DNA from: Patescibacteria group bacterium | GTDB taxonomy: Bacteria > Patescibacteriota > Patescibacteriia > Patescibacteriales > UBA12465 | Length of the DNA stretch: 64,000 bases | Reading direction: 5' to 3' | NCBI GenBank assembly: GCA_038323715.1 | Contig: JBBQHF010000004.1 | Coordinates: 6,159 to 70,158, forward strand | Shown here: positions 45,888 through 54,133 of the stretch, piece after piece | Numbering within the stretch: the stretch's first letter is position 1 | Layout of the letters: each line of letters starts with the position of its first letter | Notes under the pieces: generated by a model | What the model was told of the DNA's origin: nothing | The model's database searches: none | What the model saw: the letters and a program-made list of their open reading frames with translations, nothing else | Made by a program: the position numbers and the translations under genes

Positions 45888-45926
45888 CACTGGCCGAGGC
45901 GCAAATACTTTGTGCTTGGGCCAGTG
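45888..45926 (+). promoter_or_regulatory. Long stem-loop between P1 and P2
   Basis: CACTGGCC (45888-45895) pairs with GGCCAGTG (45919-45926), extended inward by GCGCAAA/TTTGTGC. No T-run follows. Confidence 0.5.
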
Positions 45927-45941
45927 AATAACTACTTTTCT

Positions 45942-46337
45942 ATGAAAAACAAAATTATATCTTTTTCAGTTCTTTTGTTCTCTTTAGCTATTATCTGCGG
46001 CTCATTTCTAGCTCCGGTTTTAGCGCAAGATGCCACTTTAAATGGTTTAAACACCTCGGCTCAAAAAGTTGATGCTTTTTCAGGGCAAACTGGCGCAAAC
46101 TATAATAACTTTATCCAAACTAAGGCCGGGCAAATTATCGGCATAGTATTGTCTTTTGTAGGGATTATTTTCCTTGTTTTAATGATTTATGCGGGCGTAA
46201 CCTGGATGACTGCCGAAGGGAACGAACAAAATGTCACTAAAGCCAAAAGTTTATTAATAAATGCAACTATTGGAATAATTATCGTCTTTGCCGCTTATGC
46301 CATTACTTCTTTTATTGGCGGCGAGGTTTTAAGATAA
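45942..46337 (+). CDS. VirB2/TrbC-like pilin paralog P2
   Basis: MKNKIISFSVLL...PVLAQ signal peptide; YAGVTWMTAEGNEQNVTKAKSLL loop. ATG 45942 is preferred over the longer ORF from 45813. Confidence 0.75.
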   Translation: MKNKIISFSVLLFSLAIICGSFLAPVLAQDATLNGLNTSAQKVDAFSGQTGANYNNFIQTKAGQIIGIVLSFVGIIFLVLMIYAGVTWMTAEGNEQNVTKAKSLLINATIGIIIVFAAYAITSFIGGEVLR

Positions 46338-46342
46338 TAAAA

Positions 46343-46744
46343 ATGAAAAATTTATTTATAAAAAAATTTATTGGATTCTTGGCGCTATTTTTCATATTGG
46401 CGCCAGTTTTTATTTCCACGCCCCTAGCCTTAGCACAGGGTAGTTATGATTTTAATAAGGATAGCGGCTTAGACCAAAGTGCGGATACCGGCGGCTTCAC
46501 CACGGGCTCCGATGCGGCCACTGTTGATAGTATAGTGGGGAGAATTATTGCCGTTGTCTTAAGCATGTTAGGCGTAGTGTTTATGGGCTTTGTAATTTAT
46601 GGTGGTATCGTTTGGATGACAGCCGACGGTAATGAAGAAAAGGTAAAAACCGCCAATAAGATTGTCATGAATTCTTTATTTGGCCTGATTATTATTCTAT
46701 CAGCTTACGTTTTAAGCTCATTCCTAATTAAATTTTTCGGTTAG
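46343..46744 (+). CDS. VirB2/TrbC-like pilin paralog P3
   Basis: Signal peptide ...PLALAQ; YGGIVWMTADGNEEKVKTANKIV loop. Confidence 0.75.
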   Translation: MKNLFIKKFIGFLALFFILAPVFISTPLALAQGSYDFNKDSGLDQSADTGGFTTGSDAATVDSIVGRIIAVVLSMLGVVFMGFVIYGGIVWMTADGNEEKVKTANKIVMNSLFGLIIILSAYVLSSFLIKFFG

Positions 46745-46746
46745 AT

Positions 46747-47160
46747 ATGAAAAATATAAAAAAAATAGCAATAGTTTTAAGTTTTCTAAGCATTTTAGGC
46801 TTTGCTTACGCGCTAACGACTTTAGCTCAGGGAAGTATTCTAAAAGATACTAAACAAACAGAAATAAACAATAGTACCAATAGCTTTGCTGATCAGGGCG
46901 GATACGACAAAACGAAAAGTCTAGAAGATATGATTGCAACCGCCATCAGGATGGTGCTCGCAACACTTGGAACAATATTCATTGTCTTTATGTTTGTCGC
47001 CGGAAACATGTGGATGCAGGCCGCCGGAAATGAAGAAAAAATAAAAAAATCAAAAGCCAGAATTCAATCATTAGTAATTGGCTTAATTATTGTATTAATT
47101 GCCTACGCTTTAAGTTCTGGATTTTCAGGGCTACTCGCCAGCGCCTTACTGCGACAATAA
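46747..47160 (+). CDS. VirB2/TrbC-like pilin paralog P4
   Basis: Signal peptide ...LTTLAQ; VAGNMWMQAAGNEEKIKKSKARI loop. Confidence 0.75.
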   Translation: MKNIKKIAIVLSFLSILGFAYALTTLAQGSILKDTKQTEINNSTNSFADQGGYDKTKSLEDMIATAIRMVLATLGTIFIVFMFVAGNMWMQAAGNEEKIKKSKARIQSLVIGLIIVLIAYALSSGFSGLLASALLRQ

Positions 47161-47178
47161 GTTTTACTTATAAATAAT

Positions 47179-47604
47179 ATGAAAAAAATTATTAAATTAT
47201 CATTTCTATTAGCGCTACTGGTATTTTTAGTTATCCCGGTTACCGTCGGGGCGCAGATTGATGAGGTAACTGGTGACCCAATTGTTACCGAATCTTCTAC
47301 CGGTGTTTCCTCAATTAAAGATAGATTGAGCAATGTTGGCTCTAAAGCTGGATTTACAACCGATCCCAATATTGCCTCTACTCCAAAAATAATCGGAGTT
47401 GTCGTTGGTGCTTTCATTAATTTTACGGGTTTAATTTTTATCGTTTTAATGATTATTGCAGGATACGGCTGGATGACCTCAAACGGTAATGAAGAAAAAA
47501 CTAAAAAAGCAGTTAGCACTATCAAAGCAGCTATTATTGGATTAATTGTTTCCCTATCGGCGTGGGTAATTTGGAACTTTATATTTGAAAAATTAATTGG
47601 CTAA
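47179..47604 (+). CDS. VirB2/TrbC-like pilin paralog P5
   Basis: Signal peptide ...VTVGAQ; IAGYGWMTSNGNEEKTKKAVSTI loop. Confidence 0.75.
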   Translation: MKKIIKLSFLLALLVFLVIPVTVGAQIDEVTGDPIVTESSTGVSSIKDRLSNVGSKAGFTTDPNIASTPKIIGVVVGAFINFTGLIFIVLMIIAGYGWMTSNGNEEKTKKAVSTIKAAIIGLIVSLSAWVIWNFIFEKLIG

Positions 47605-47609
47605 AAAAT

Positions 47610-48023
47610 ATGAAAAAATTTATTTTAACAATATTTTCCGTCGCGCTATTCTGTCAATTATTTATTGGACAAATTGCTTCCGCCCAACTTTTAAATAATA
47701 CCAGCGATTTAGACAGCATGACCATAGAAACAAAAAATGCTGCTAATTTAGGTGATGTAAGCTTAGGTGCGGTGGTAGCTAAAATTATTCAAATTGCCTT
47801 AGGATTCCTCGGCGTGATTTTTATAATCTTGATTATTATTGCCGGCTTTAGATGGATGACTGCCTCGGGGAATGAAGAGTCTATTAAAAAGGCAACTGCT
47901 ACTATAAAATCAGCCATTATCGGATTGGTAATTGTCCTTGCTGCCTACACGATTACCTACTTTATATTTAATGCCCTACCTTTTGCTGGTGGCGGTGCTC
48001 CCCAAACTACGACCGGAGGATAG
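47610..48023 (+). CDS. VirB2/TrbC-like pilin paralog P6
   Basis: Signal peptide ...QIASAQ; IAGFRWMTASGNEESIKKATATI loop; G-rich tail. Confidence 0.75.
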   Translation: MKKFILTIFSVALFCQLFIGQIASAQLLNNTSDLDSMTIETKNAANLGDVSLGAVVAKIIQIALGFLGVIFIILIIIAGFRWMTASGNEESIKKATATIKSAIIGLVIVLAAYTITYFIFNALPFAGGGAPQTTTGG

Positions 48024-48047
48024 ATAAAAAATTAACTGAACAAATTT

Positions 48048-48079
48048 AAAAGGAGTACCGATTTGATACTCCTTTTTTT
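48048..48079. terminator. Bidirectional intrinsic terminator closing the pilin array
   Basis: AGGAGTA (48051-48057) pairs with TACTCCT (48067-48073), followed by a T-run at 48073-48079. Confidence 0.75.
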
Positions 48080-48131
48080 GTTTGTTTTGTTTTAGTTTTT
48101 TTAAAAAATTTTTGCGTTTTTACGCTTTGGC

Positions 48132-49061
48132 TTACATGCCTCTTGGCGTATAAACAAAGTTGAAACATGACTCACCTTTGTAGTCATGCACCTGACCATC
48201 AATGGTTAACTTGTTTACAAGTTCCTGTTTTTTTCCATTAATGTAAGTTTCAACCATGTACACACCTGGCATCAAAAATTTTGTCCGTCGAGTTTTAGCC
48301 TCAACAGTAACTGCCAAACGAGCCATACCAGCGCTAGTTACAATATAAGTTGCGGGACGCATGTACATATTGTCAAAAATTACTTTGTAACCAGACTCTT
48401 GGCCACCAGGACTAATCGCCGATGAGATGTTCTGCTCAATCTTTGAGATAACTAATTCATCAACTCGCAACACATTAGCGCGAGAACGACGATTTTTGTT
48501 ATAACGAGAAACTTCAACTGGAACAGTGCGATTAATTTCTTTTTCAACAATTTCTTCTTTGGCTTCTGATTTTTTAGAATCATCAGCTTTAACAACTTTT
48601 TGCGTTTCTGCTTTTTTTGGAGCATCAACTGGAGTAATAGCCTTCTTAATGTTTAAAGCGACCGGTGCTGACGTTCCAGAAATTTGAATGCCAGCTTTTA
48701 GAAGCTCTGCTCTTTTGTCTTGGCATGATTTTAAATACGCCAATTCATTTTGCACGAAGTCACCAGATTCCAACTTTGAAACAGAATCTAATTCTAATTT
48801 CAGTTTCTTGATTTCAGCAGCTGCCGCATCTTTAGCTTCAGCATTCTGAGACCTCTTACCCTGAATTTCCTGGATACGAATATCCCGTTTTATTTCTGCA
48901 ATGTTTCTGGCATTCTGAGACTCAAAATCTTTTTCAGCTTTTTTAACTTCCGCTTGGGCAACTTTTATTTCCTTATTTACGGAAACTAAGTCTTGAGCAA
49001 TAACCGATTGGCCAATAGCTACTACAGCCATCAAAGCCACAAATACTAACATTTTTTTCAT
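48132..49061 (-). CDS. Secreted hypothetical protein (signal peptide, coiled-coil K/E/A-rich region, beta-rich C-terminal domain)
   Basis: MKKMLVFVALMAVVAIGQSVIAQ signal peptide from ATG 49061. The longer ORF from 49169 adds a non-signal N-terminus. Confidence 0.55.
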   Translation of the reverse strand: MKKMLVFVALMAVVAIGQSVIAQDLVSVNKEIKVAQAEVKKAEKDFESQNARNIAEIKRDIRIQEIQGKRSQNAEAKDAAAAEIKKLKLELDSVSKLESGDFVQNELAYLKSCQDKRAELLKAGIQISGTSAPVALNIKKAITPVDAPKKAETQKVVKADDSKKSEAKEEIVEKEINRTVPVEVSRYNKNRRSRANVLRVDELVISKIEQNISSAISPGGQESGYKVIFDNMYMRPATYIVTSAGMARLAVTVEAKTRRTKFLMPGVYMVETYINGKKQELVNKLTIDGQVHDYKGESCFNFVYTPRGM

Positions 49062-49227
49062 GATTCTTTTGTTTTTTATGTGTGTATAAATTTTTAACGA
49101 ACTAAAAATAACTCTGTAACTGTAAGTAATTATATCATATAAATAAGATTTTGTCAATATAATGTGCAATATAAAAGAGCCCTTTGCTTAAAAGAGCTCT
49201 TTTTAGCTAATATTAATCTTATTTTAC

Positions 49228-50529
49228 TTAGAAAACAAACAAATACATCAAAATCCAAACTGCGATAGCGGCCAAATAACCCAATAATGCTGGAATAGTA
49301 ATCTTTTTTAGATAATAGCCGAAGGTAAGTTCTTTAACTTGCCCCATAGCCGCTACACCAGCCGCTGAGCCAATAACTAATATAGAACCGCCTGTTCCAG
49401 CGGTAATCGCTAATAATACCCAAATAACCGTTGGCGTGCTAATAGCTAACATTTTAATGGCGGCTGCCACTAAGGGCACGTTATCTAGGATGGAAGACAT
49501 AAAACCTAAAACAACATTCCCGCCAATTAAACGCGCCATGTTTAATTCTGTCCCAAAAATTGAATCACTTAATTTTGCGAGTAATCCGACATGAGATAAA
49601 GCGCCCACGGCTAACAATATCCCAATGAAAAATTTTAAAGTTGAAATATCAACCTTCTGAATCATTTTAACTATTTGCCCTTCTTTATAATGATCATCTT
49701 GTTTTTTAGCGGTCACATCAATAAACATCCAAAGCACGCCAACACCGGTTAACAATCCCAAGAAAGGAGGAAGACCAATTAAGTTAAAACAAACCGGCAG
49801 CAAGAACGAAAGAAAACCAATTACGATAACTGACCAGTATGGTTTAATTTCTTCTTTGTCTCCCTCAACTTTTACATCATGAGCTTTTTCCGCTTCTTCA
49901 TGGTGTTTAATTTTTTTACCAATTAAGAACTGCGGAATAACCCAGGCGACAAGAGCCGGAACTATCCCCATAGAAATAATTTGTAAAGCATTGAACTTAC
50001 CCGCGAGCCACAGCATGATAGTAGTCACATCGCCAATCGGACTAAAGGCCCCGCCAGCATTAGCGGCCACAATAGTATTAGCCGTAAATAAAAGAAAATT
50101 TTCTTGATTTTTGTATATTTTACGGCCTATTTGAATCATTATCAAAGTAGTCGTTAAATTATCCAAAAAGGCAGATAATATAAAAGTTAATCCGCCTAAC
50201 AGCCAGAATAATCCGGATGCACTTATTTTTTTCTGCATTATCTTATCTTGCAACCAATCAAAAAAACGATAATGAACTAAAATTTCAACAATCGTCATGG
50301 CCGCTAACAGAAAAATAACAATACTAAATATTTCCTGAGTCTCGTGCATTAATGCTTCTCCTACCTCTGATTTCAATCCTTCAAAAAAATCAACAATCAA
50401 CCAAAGCAAAGAACCAATTATAATAGCGGTCCCACTTTTATTAATTTTCACATTGTGTTCCAGCGCGATAAGAGCGTAACCAAGCACAAAGATTCCGCCC
50501 ATGAGCAAAAAAAGCCAAGTGTGTTCCAT
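49228..50529 (-). CDS. ArsB/NhaD-superfamily ion transporter (Na+/H+ antiporter NhaD-like)
   Basis: 433 aa, about 12 TM helices, internal two-fold layout. The family call rests on overall resemblance only. Confidence 0.55.
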   Translation of the reverse strand: MEHTWLFLLMGGIFVLGYALIALEHNVKINKSGTAIIIGSLLWLIVDFFEGLKSEVGEALMHETQEIFSIVIFLLAAMTIVEILVHYRFFDWLQDKIMQKKISASGLFWLLGGLTFILSAFLDNLTTTLIMIQIGRKIYKNQENFLLFTANTIVAANAGGAFSPIGDVTTIMLWLAGKFNALQIISMGIVPALVAWVIPQFLIGKKIKHHEEAEKAHDVKVEGDKEEIKPYWSVIVIGFLSFLLPVCFNLIGLPPFLGLLTGVGVLWMFIDVTAKKQDDHYKEGQIVKMIQKVDISTLKFFIGILLAVGALSHVGLLAKLSDSIFGTELNMARLIGGNVVLGFMSSILDNVPLVAAAIKMLAISTPTVIWVLLAITAGTGGSILVIGSAAGVAAMGQVKELTFGYYLKKITIPALLGYLAAIAVWILMYLFVF

Positions 50530-50583
50530 AGATTAATATTGTTTAATTATTATGTTTATTTTTTTGATTTTCAACTGTTAAAA

Positions 50584-50611
50584 ATTATACGGGAACCATC
50601 AGAAGAGTCAA
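50584..50611 (-). promoter_or_regulatory. Near-consensus sigma70 promoter for the transporter gene
   Basis: On the minus strand: TTGACT (50611-50606), 16-nt spacer, TATAAT (50589-50584). Confidence 0.6.
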
Positions 50612-50695
50612 GATGCCAAAAAAACTTATACCCGTTTAATCCCCAGGCGACCATTGACTTTTGTTGTCTATCGTGATACATTACTCAGTCAAGAA

Positions 50696-50741
50696 AATCC
50701 CAGCTTGATCATTATCTATGATGATATGCTAGGGATTTTTT
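50696..50741 (+). terminator. Terminator-like hairpin inside the 5' leader of the 3D-domain gene
   Basis: AATCCCAGC (50696-50704) pairs with GCTAGGGATT (50728-50737) with one bulged A. There is an inner ATCAT/ATGAT stem, followed by TTTTTT. Confidence 0.45.
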
Positions 50742-50757
50742 ATTTGGCTAATATTAA
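50741..50757 (-). repeat. Intergenic 17-mer TTAATATTAGCCAAATA (copy 2 of 3, reverse orientation)
   Basis: TATTTGGCTAATATTAA on the plus strand. The 23-nt extension is identical to the 61855-61877 copy. It ends 6 nt before the 3D-domain gene ATG. Confidence 0.9.
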
Positions 50758-50762
50758 ATAAT

Positions 50763-51389
50763 ATGACAAAAATCCAAACAATTCGTGAGGAAATAGTGCC
50801 TCTCAGTAGAAAACAGGGGATAATCTTATTAGTTATTGTCGCCTGTATCTTTCAATTCGTTCTTTTCTATGCACCAGCACTTGCTGAAGACTCAATTAAG
50901 GTCGCTCAAGCGCAAACAAGTGACGATAATATGATGGTTTCCAACGAAATCATGGTCAAGGATGCAGAGTTAAACAAAGTGGAAGCGATTGCTCCTCAAG
51001 CTGTTAACAAAATTGCGTCATCGACACCAGAACAAGCGGTTTCTCCTGCGGTAATAACGGATACAGAAAAACCGGAATATAAAATTATTAGTACCAGCAC
51101 CCATGTTATGACTGCCTACAATTCAGAGCCAGGGCAAACAGATGATTCTCCATGTATAACTGCTAACGGATTCAATGTTTGTAAACATGGCGAAGAAGAT
51201 ACGATTGCGGCTAACTTTTTAAAGTTTGGCACCAAAGTCATGATTCCTGAGTTATTTGGCGATAGAGTTTTTGTAGTCAGAGACAGAATGAATAAGAAAC
51301 ACCCCGACAGAGTAGATATTTGGATGGTTAACCACAGCGACGCGATGAAATTCGGCGTTAAGGTTGCTAAAATCCAGATTATAGAATAA
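50763..51389 (+). CDS. 3D-domain protein (MltA/RlpA-like cell-wall-binding or lytic fold) with an N-terminal membrane anchor
   Basis: TAYNSEPGQTDDSPCITANG...GTKVMIPE...VVRDRMNKKHPDRVDIWM matches the 3D-domain pattern. Confidence 0.7.
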   Translation: MTKIQTIREEIVPLSRKQGIILLVIVACIFQFVLFYAPALAEDSIKVAQAQTSDDNMMVSNEIMVKDAELNKVEAIAPQAVNKIASSTPEQAVSPAVITDTEKPEYKIISTSTHVMTAYNSEPGQTDDSPCITANGFNVCKHGEEDTIAANFLKFGTKVMIPELFGDRVFVVRDRMNKKHPDRVDIWMVNHSDAMKFGVKVAKIQIIE

Positions 51390-51461
51390 ATAATTTGCAA
51401 ATCAATAAAAACAAAAAAGCACCACTTAATTAGGCGGTGCTTTTTTGTATATTTTTATGTT

Positions 51462-53873
51462 CTAGAAGAATAAACTTAAAAAACCTTTTTTACGTCTTAT
51501 CTGTTGTTCTTTTTTATAAATAGCAATTGTGGTAGCGATAACTGAATCCGGGTTTAATGATAAGCTGTTAATACCCTGTTCTACTAAGAACTCCGCAAAC
51601 TCAGGAAAATCACTTGGCCCCTGACCACAGATACCAACCTTACGTTTATTTTTCTTAGCAATCACAATTAAATTTTTAATAAGTATCTTTACCGCCTCAT
51701 TTCTTTCATCAGAACTGCCTGCGACCTCTAACGTTCCTCCAGAGTCTCTATCAATACCAAGCGTTAATTGAGTCAAATCATTGGAACCGATAGAAAATCC
51801 ATCAAAAATATGACAAAATTTTTCTGCTAAAATAATGTTTGCTGGAATTTCGGCCATCATATAAACCTCTAATCCATTTTGTCCACGTTTCAAACCGTTT
51901 TCAGCCATAATTTCCAAAACCTTTCTTCCTTCTTCAACAGTACGACAGAAAGGAACCATTACTTTTAGATTATTCAACTTCATATTTTCACGAACAATCT
52001 TTATGGCCTGACATTCAAGTTTAAAGGCTGGCAAAAATATTTTTGAATAGTAACGACTCGCTCCTCTAAAACCAATCATCGGATTAGACTCAACTGGTTC
52101 ATAAGCCTTTCCACCAATTAAATTGGCATATTCATTACTTTTAAAATCGCTAAGACGGAAAATAACATCTTTAGGATAAAAAGCGGCTGCAATCATCCCC
52201 ATTCCTTGCGCTAAACGATCAATAAAGTATTGTTTTTTATCTTTATATCCGTAGGTAAGTTTATCAATTTCTTTCTTAGCCTCTTTATCTGCTAAGCGAT
52301 TATAATTCAAAAGGGCTAAAGGATGAATTTTAATATAGTTGTTAATAATGAACTCCAAACGAGCTAAGCCGACGCCATCATTAGGTAATAATGAATTTAA
52401 AAAAGCTTTATCGGGCTCACCAATATTTAACATTATCTTAGTTTTTGGCCTTTTCAAATCTTTAATATCAGTCGTATCAGTTTGGATAGGTAAAACTCCT
52501 TCATAAACGTAACCGGTTTCTCCCTCAGCACAACTAACCGTAATCTTTTTACCAGTTTTTATTTTAGTAGAGCAAGACTTAGTTCCAACAACACAAGGAA
52601 TTCCCAGTTCTCTGGACACTATCGCTGCATGACAGGTACGACCACCTTTGTCGGTTACAATTGCGGAAGCAATCTTCATAATTGGCTCCCAATCCGGATC
52701 GGTCATATCAGTAACTAAAACTTGCCCAGGCTTAAATTTGGCAATATCTTTAATGCTCATCATGCGATTAGCAATACCAGCGCCAATTTTATTACCAACA
52801 CTCTGGCCCTCACAAATTAATTTACCTTTCTTGGGCAAACTATATCGCTCAATAATATTTTTATTATGCATGCTTTGAACGGTTTCTGGACGAGCCTGAA
52901 TAATAAATAATTCTTGGGTTCTCCCGTCTAAAGCCCACTCAATGTCCATTGGTCGTCCATAATGTTCTTCAATCATCATCCCCCAATTAGCTAATTGTAA
53001 AACTTGTTTATCGGAAATTGATTGTTTTAATTGATCAACCTCGGAAACGGGGATATTCTTAACGGGCACCTTACCCTTTAAATCATAAATCATTCTTTTT
53101 GCTTTCTGCCCGATACTTTTAGAAATAATTGCCTTAGTCGGTTTAAAAATATAAAATTCATCAGGCGTAACATGTCCCTGAACGATATTTTCCCCTAAAC
53201 CAAAAATGGAATTAATTAAAATAGCATTTTTGAATCCAGATTCGGTATCAATTGTGAACATAACTCCAGAAGAACCAAGGTCCGATCTAACCATTTTCTG
53301 AACACCAACAGACAAGGCAATTGAGAAATGATCAAATTTCTTATCAACCCGATAGGAAATTGCGCGATTGGTAAATAGAGAAGCGATGCATTTTTTAACG
53401 GCCAATAATAAATCCTTTTCTCCAGTTACATTTAAAAAGGTTTCTTGTTGTCCGGCAAAAGAGGCATCCGGCAAATCTTCAGCGGTTGCACTGGAGCGAA
53501 CAGCTACGTCAGTTCCTTTAGATTTATAATCGGCTGATAATTTTTTATAAGCTGAGACTATTTCGTCGGCTAGGTCTTTAGGGAAAGGGGTAGCGATAAT
53601 TAATTTTCTAATTTCCTCGCCTCGTTTCATTAAATCAGTAACATTGTGGGTATCCAAACCTTTTAGAATCTTTTTAATTTGAGCTTTTAGGTTAGCCGAA
53701 TCTACAAAATAACGATAAGCGTCGGCTGTCGTTGCAAAACCATTAGGCACTCTAAGGCCTTTTTTAGCTAAAGCGCAATACATTTCCCCCAAAGAAGCGT
53801 TTTTACCGCCTACTTGAGGCACATCTTTAATGGAGGTTGTTTCAAAAAATTTAACGAATTTATTCTTAATCAT
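51462..53873 (-). CDS. ppsA: Phosphoenolpyruvate synthase (pyruvate, water dikinase)
   Basis: GGKNASLGEM, swivel His GGRTCHAAIVSRELGIPCVVG, and C-terminal PEP-binding GSNDLTQ. 803 aa. Confidence 0.9.
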   Translation of the reverse strand: MIKNKFVKFFETTSIKDVPQVGGKNASLGEMYCALAKKGLRVPNGFATTADAYRYFVDSANLKAQIKKILKGLDTHNVTDLMKRGEEIRKLIIATPFPKDLADEIVSAYKKLSADYKSKGTDVAVRSSATAEDLPDASFAGQQETFLNVTGEKDLLLAVKKCIASLFTNRAISYRVDKKFDHFSIALSVGVQKMVRSDLGSSGVMFTIDTESGFKNAILINSIFGLGENIVQGHVTPDEFYIFKPTKAIISKSIGQKAKRMIYDLKGKVPVKNIPVSEVDQLKQSISDKQVLQLANWGMMIEEHYGRPMDIEWALDGRTQELFIIQARPETVQSMHNKNIIERYSLPKKGKLICEGQSVGNKIGAGIANRMMSIKDIAKFKPGQVLVTDMTDPDWEPIMKIASAIVTDKGGRTCHAAIVSRELGIPCVVGTKSCSTKIKTGKKITVSCAEGETGYVYEGVLPIQTDTTDIKDLKRPKTKIMLNIGEPDKAFLNSLLPNDGVGLARLEFIINNYIKIHPLALLNYNRLADKEAKKEIDKLTYGYKDKKQYFIDRLAQGMGMIAAAFYPKDVIFRLSDFKSNEYANLIGGKAYEPVESNPMIGFRGASRYYSKIFLPAFKLECQAIKIVRENMKLNNLKVMVPFCRTVEEGRKVLEIMAENGLKRGQNGLEVYMMAEIPANIILAEKFCHIFDGFSIGSNDLTQLTLGIDRDSGGTLEVAGSSDERNEAVKILIKNLIVIAKKNKRKVGICGQGPSDFPEFAEFLVEQGINSLSLNPDSVIATTIAIYKKEQQIRRKKGFLSLFF

Positions 53874-53964
53874 AAAACAAAATTAAAAAAATTTATCTAT
53901 TTATTATAGACTCATTATAACACAATCTTTACTTTATAAAAATAATTGTTTAATATACAAATAT

Positions 53965-54046
53965 GCGGACGTGGCGAAACTGGTAGACGCACTTGGCTTA
54001 GGACCAAGCGGGGCAACTCTTGAGAGTTCGAGTCTCTCCGTCCGCA
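53965..54046 (+). tRNA. tRNA-Leu (UAG)
   Basis: GCGGACGTGGCGAAACTGGTAGACGCACTTGGCTTAGGACCAAG, a long variable arm, then GAGAGTTCGAGTCTCTCCGTCCGCA. Confidence 0.9.
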
Positions 54047-54133
54047 CACAAATAAAAGCGCCTATTGGCGTTTTTTTGTTTTATTCTATGCATAGTCTTT
54101 GCTAACAAACCTTAAAATTGATAAACTTTAAGT

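Noticed and set aside
45813-45941. N-terminal extension of pilin P2 (ORF from 45813, 174 aa).
   Set aside because: The extension overlaps the P1 3' end and the intergenic stem-loop and would bury the signal peptide. ATG 45942 gives the same MKN... signal-peptide start as P3 and P4.
50584-50700. A c-di-AMP (ydaO-type) riboswitch between a cation transporter gene and a cell-wall gene, both classic targets.
   Set aside because: ACGGGAACCA only loosely resembles the ACGGGGA-N-CC element, and it coincides with the -10/-35 of a near-consensus minus-strand promoter. The pseudo-two-fold set of conserved ydaO helices cannot be found. Only the generic attenuator hypothesis is retained.
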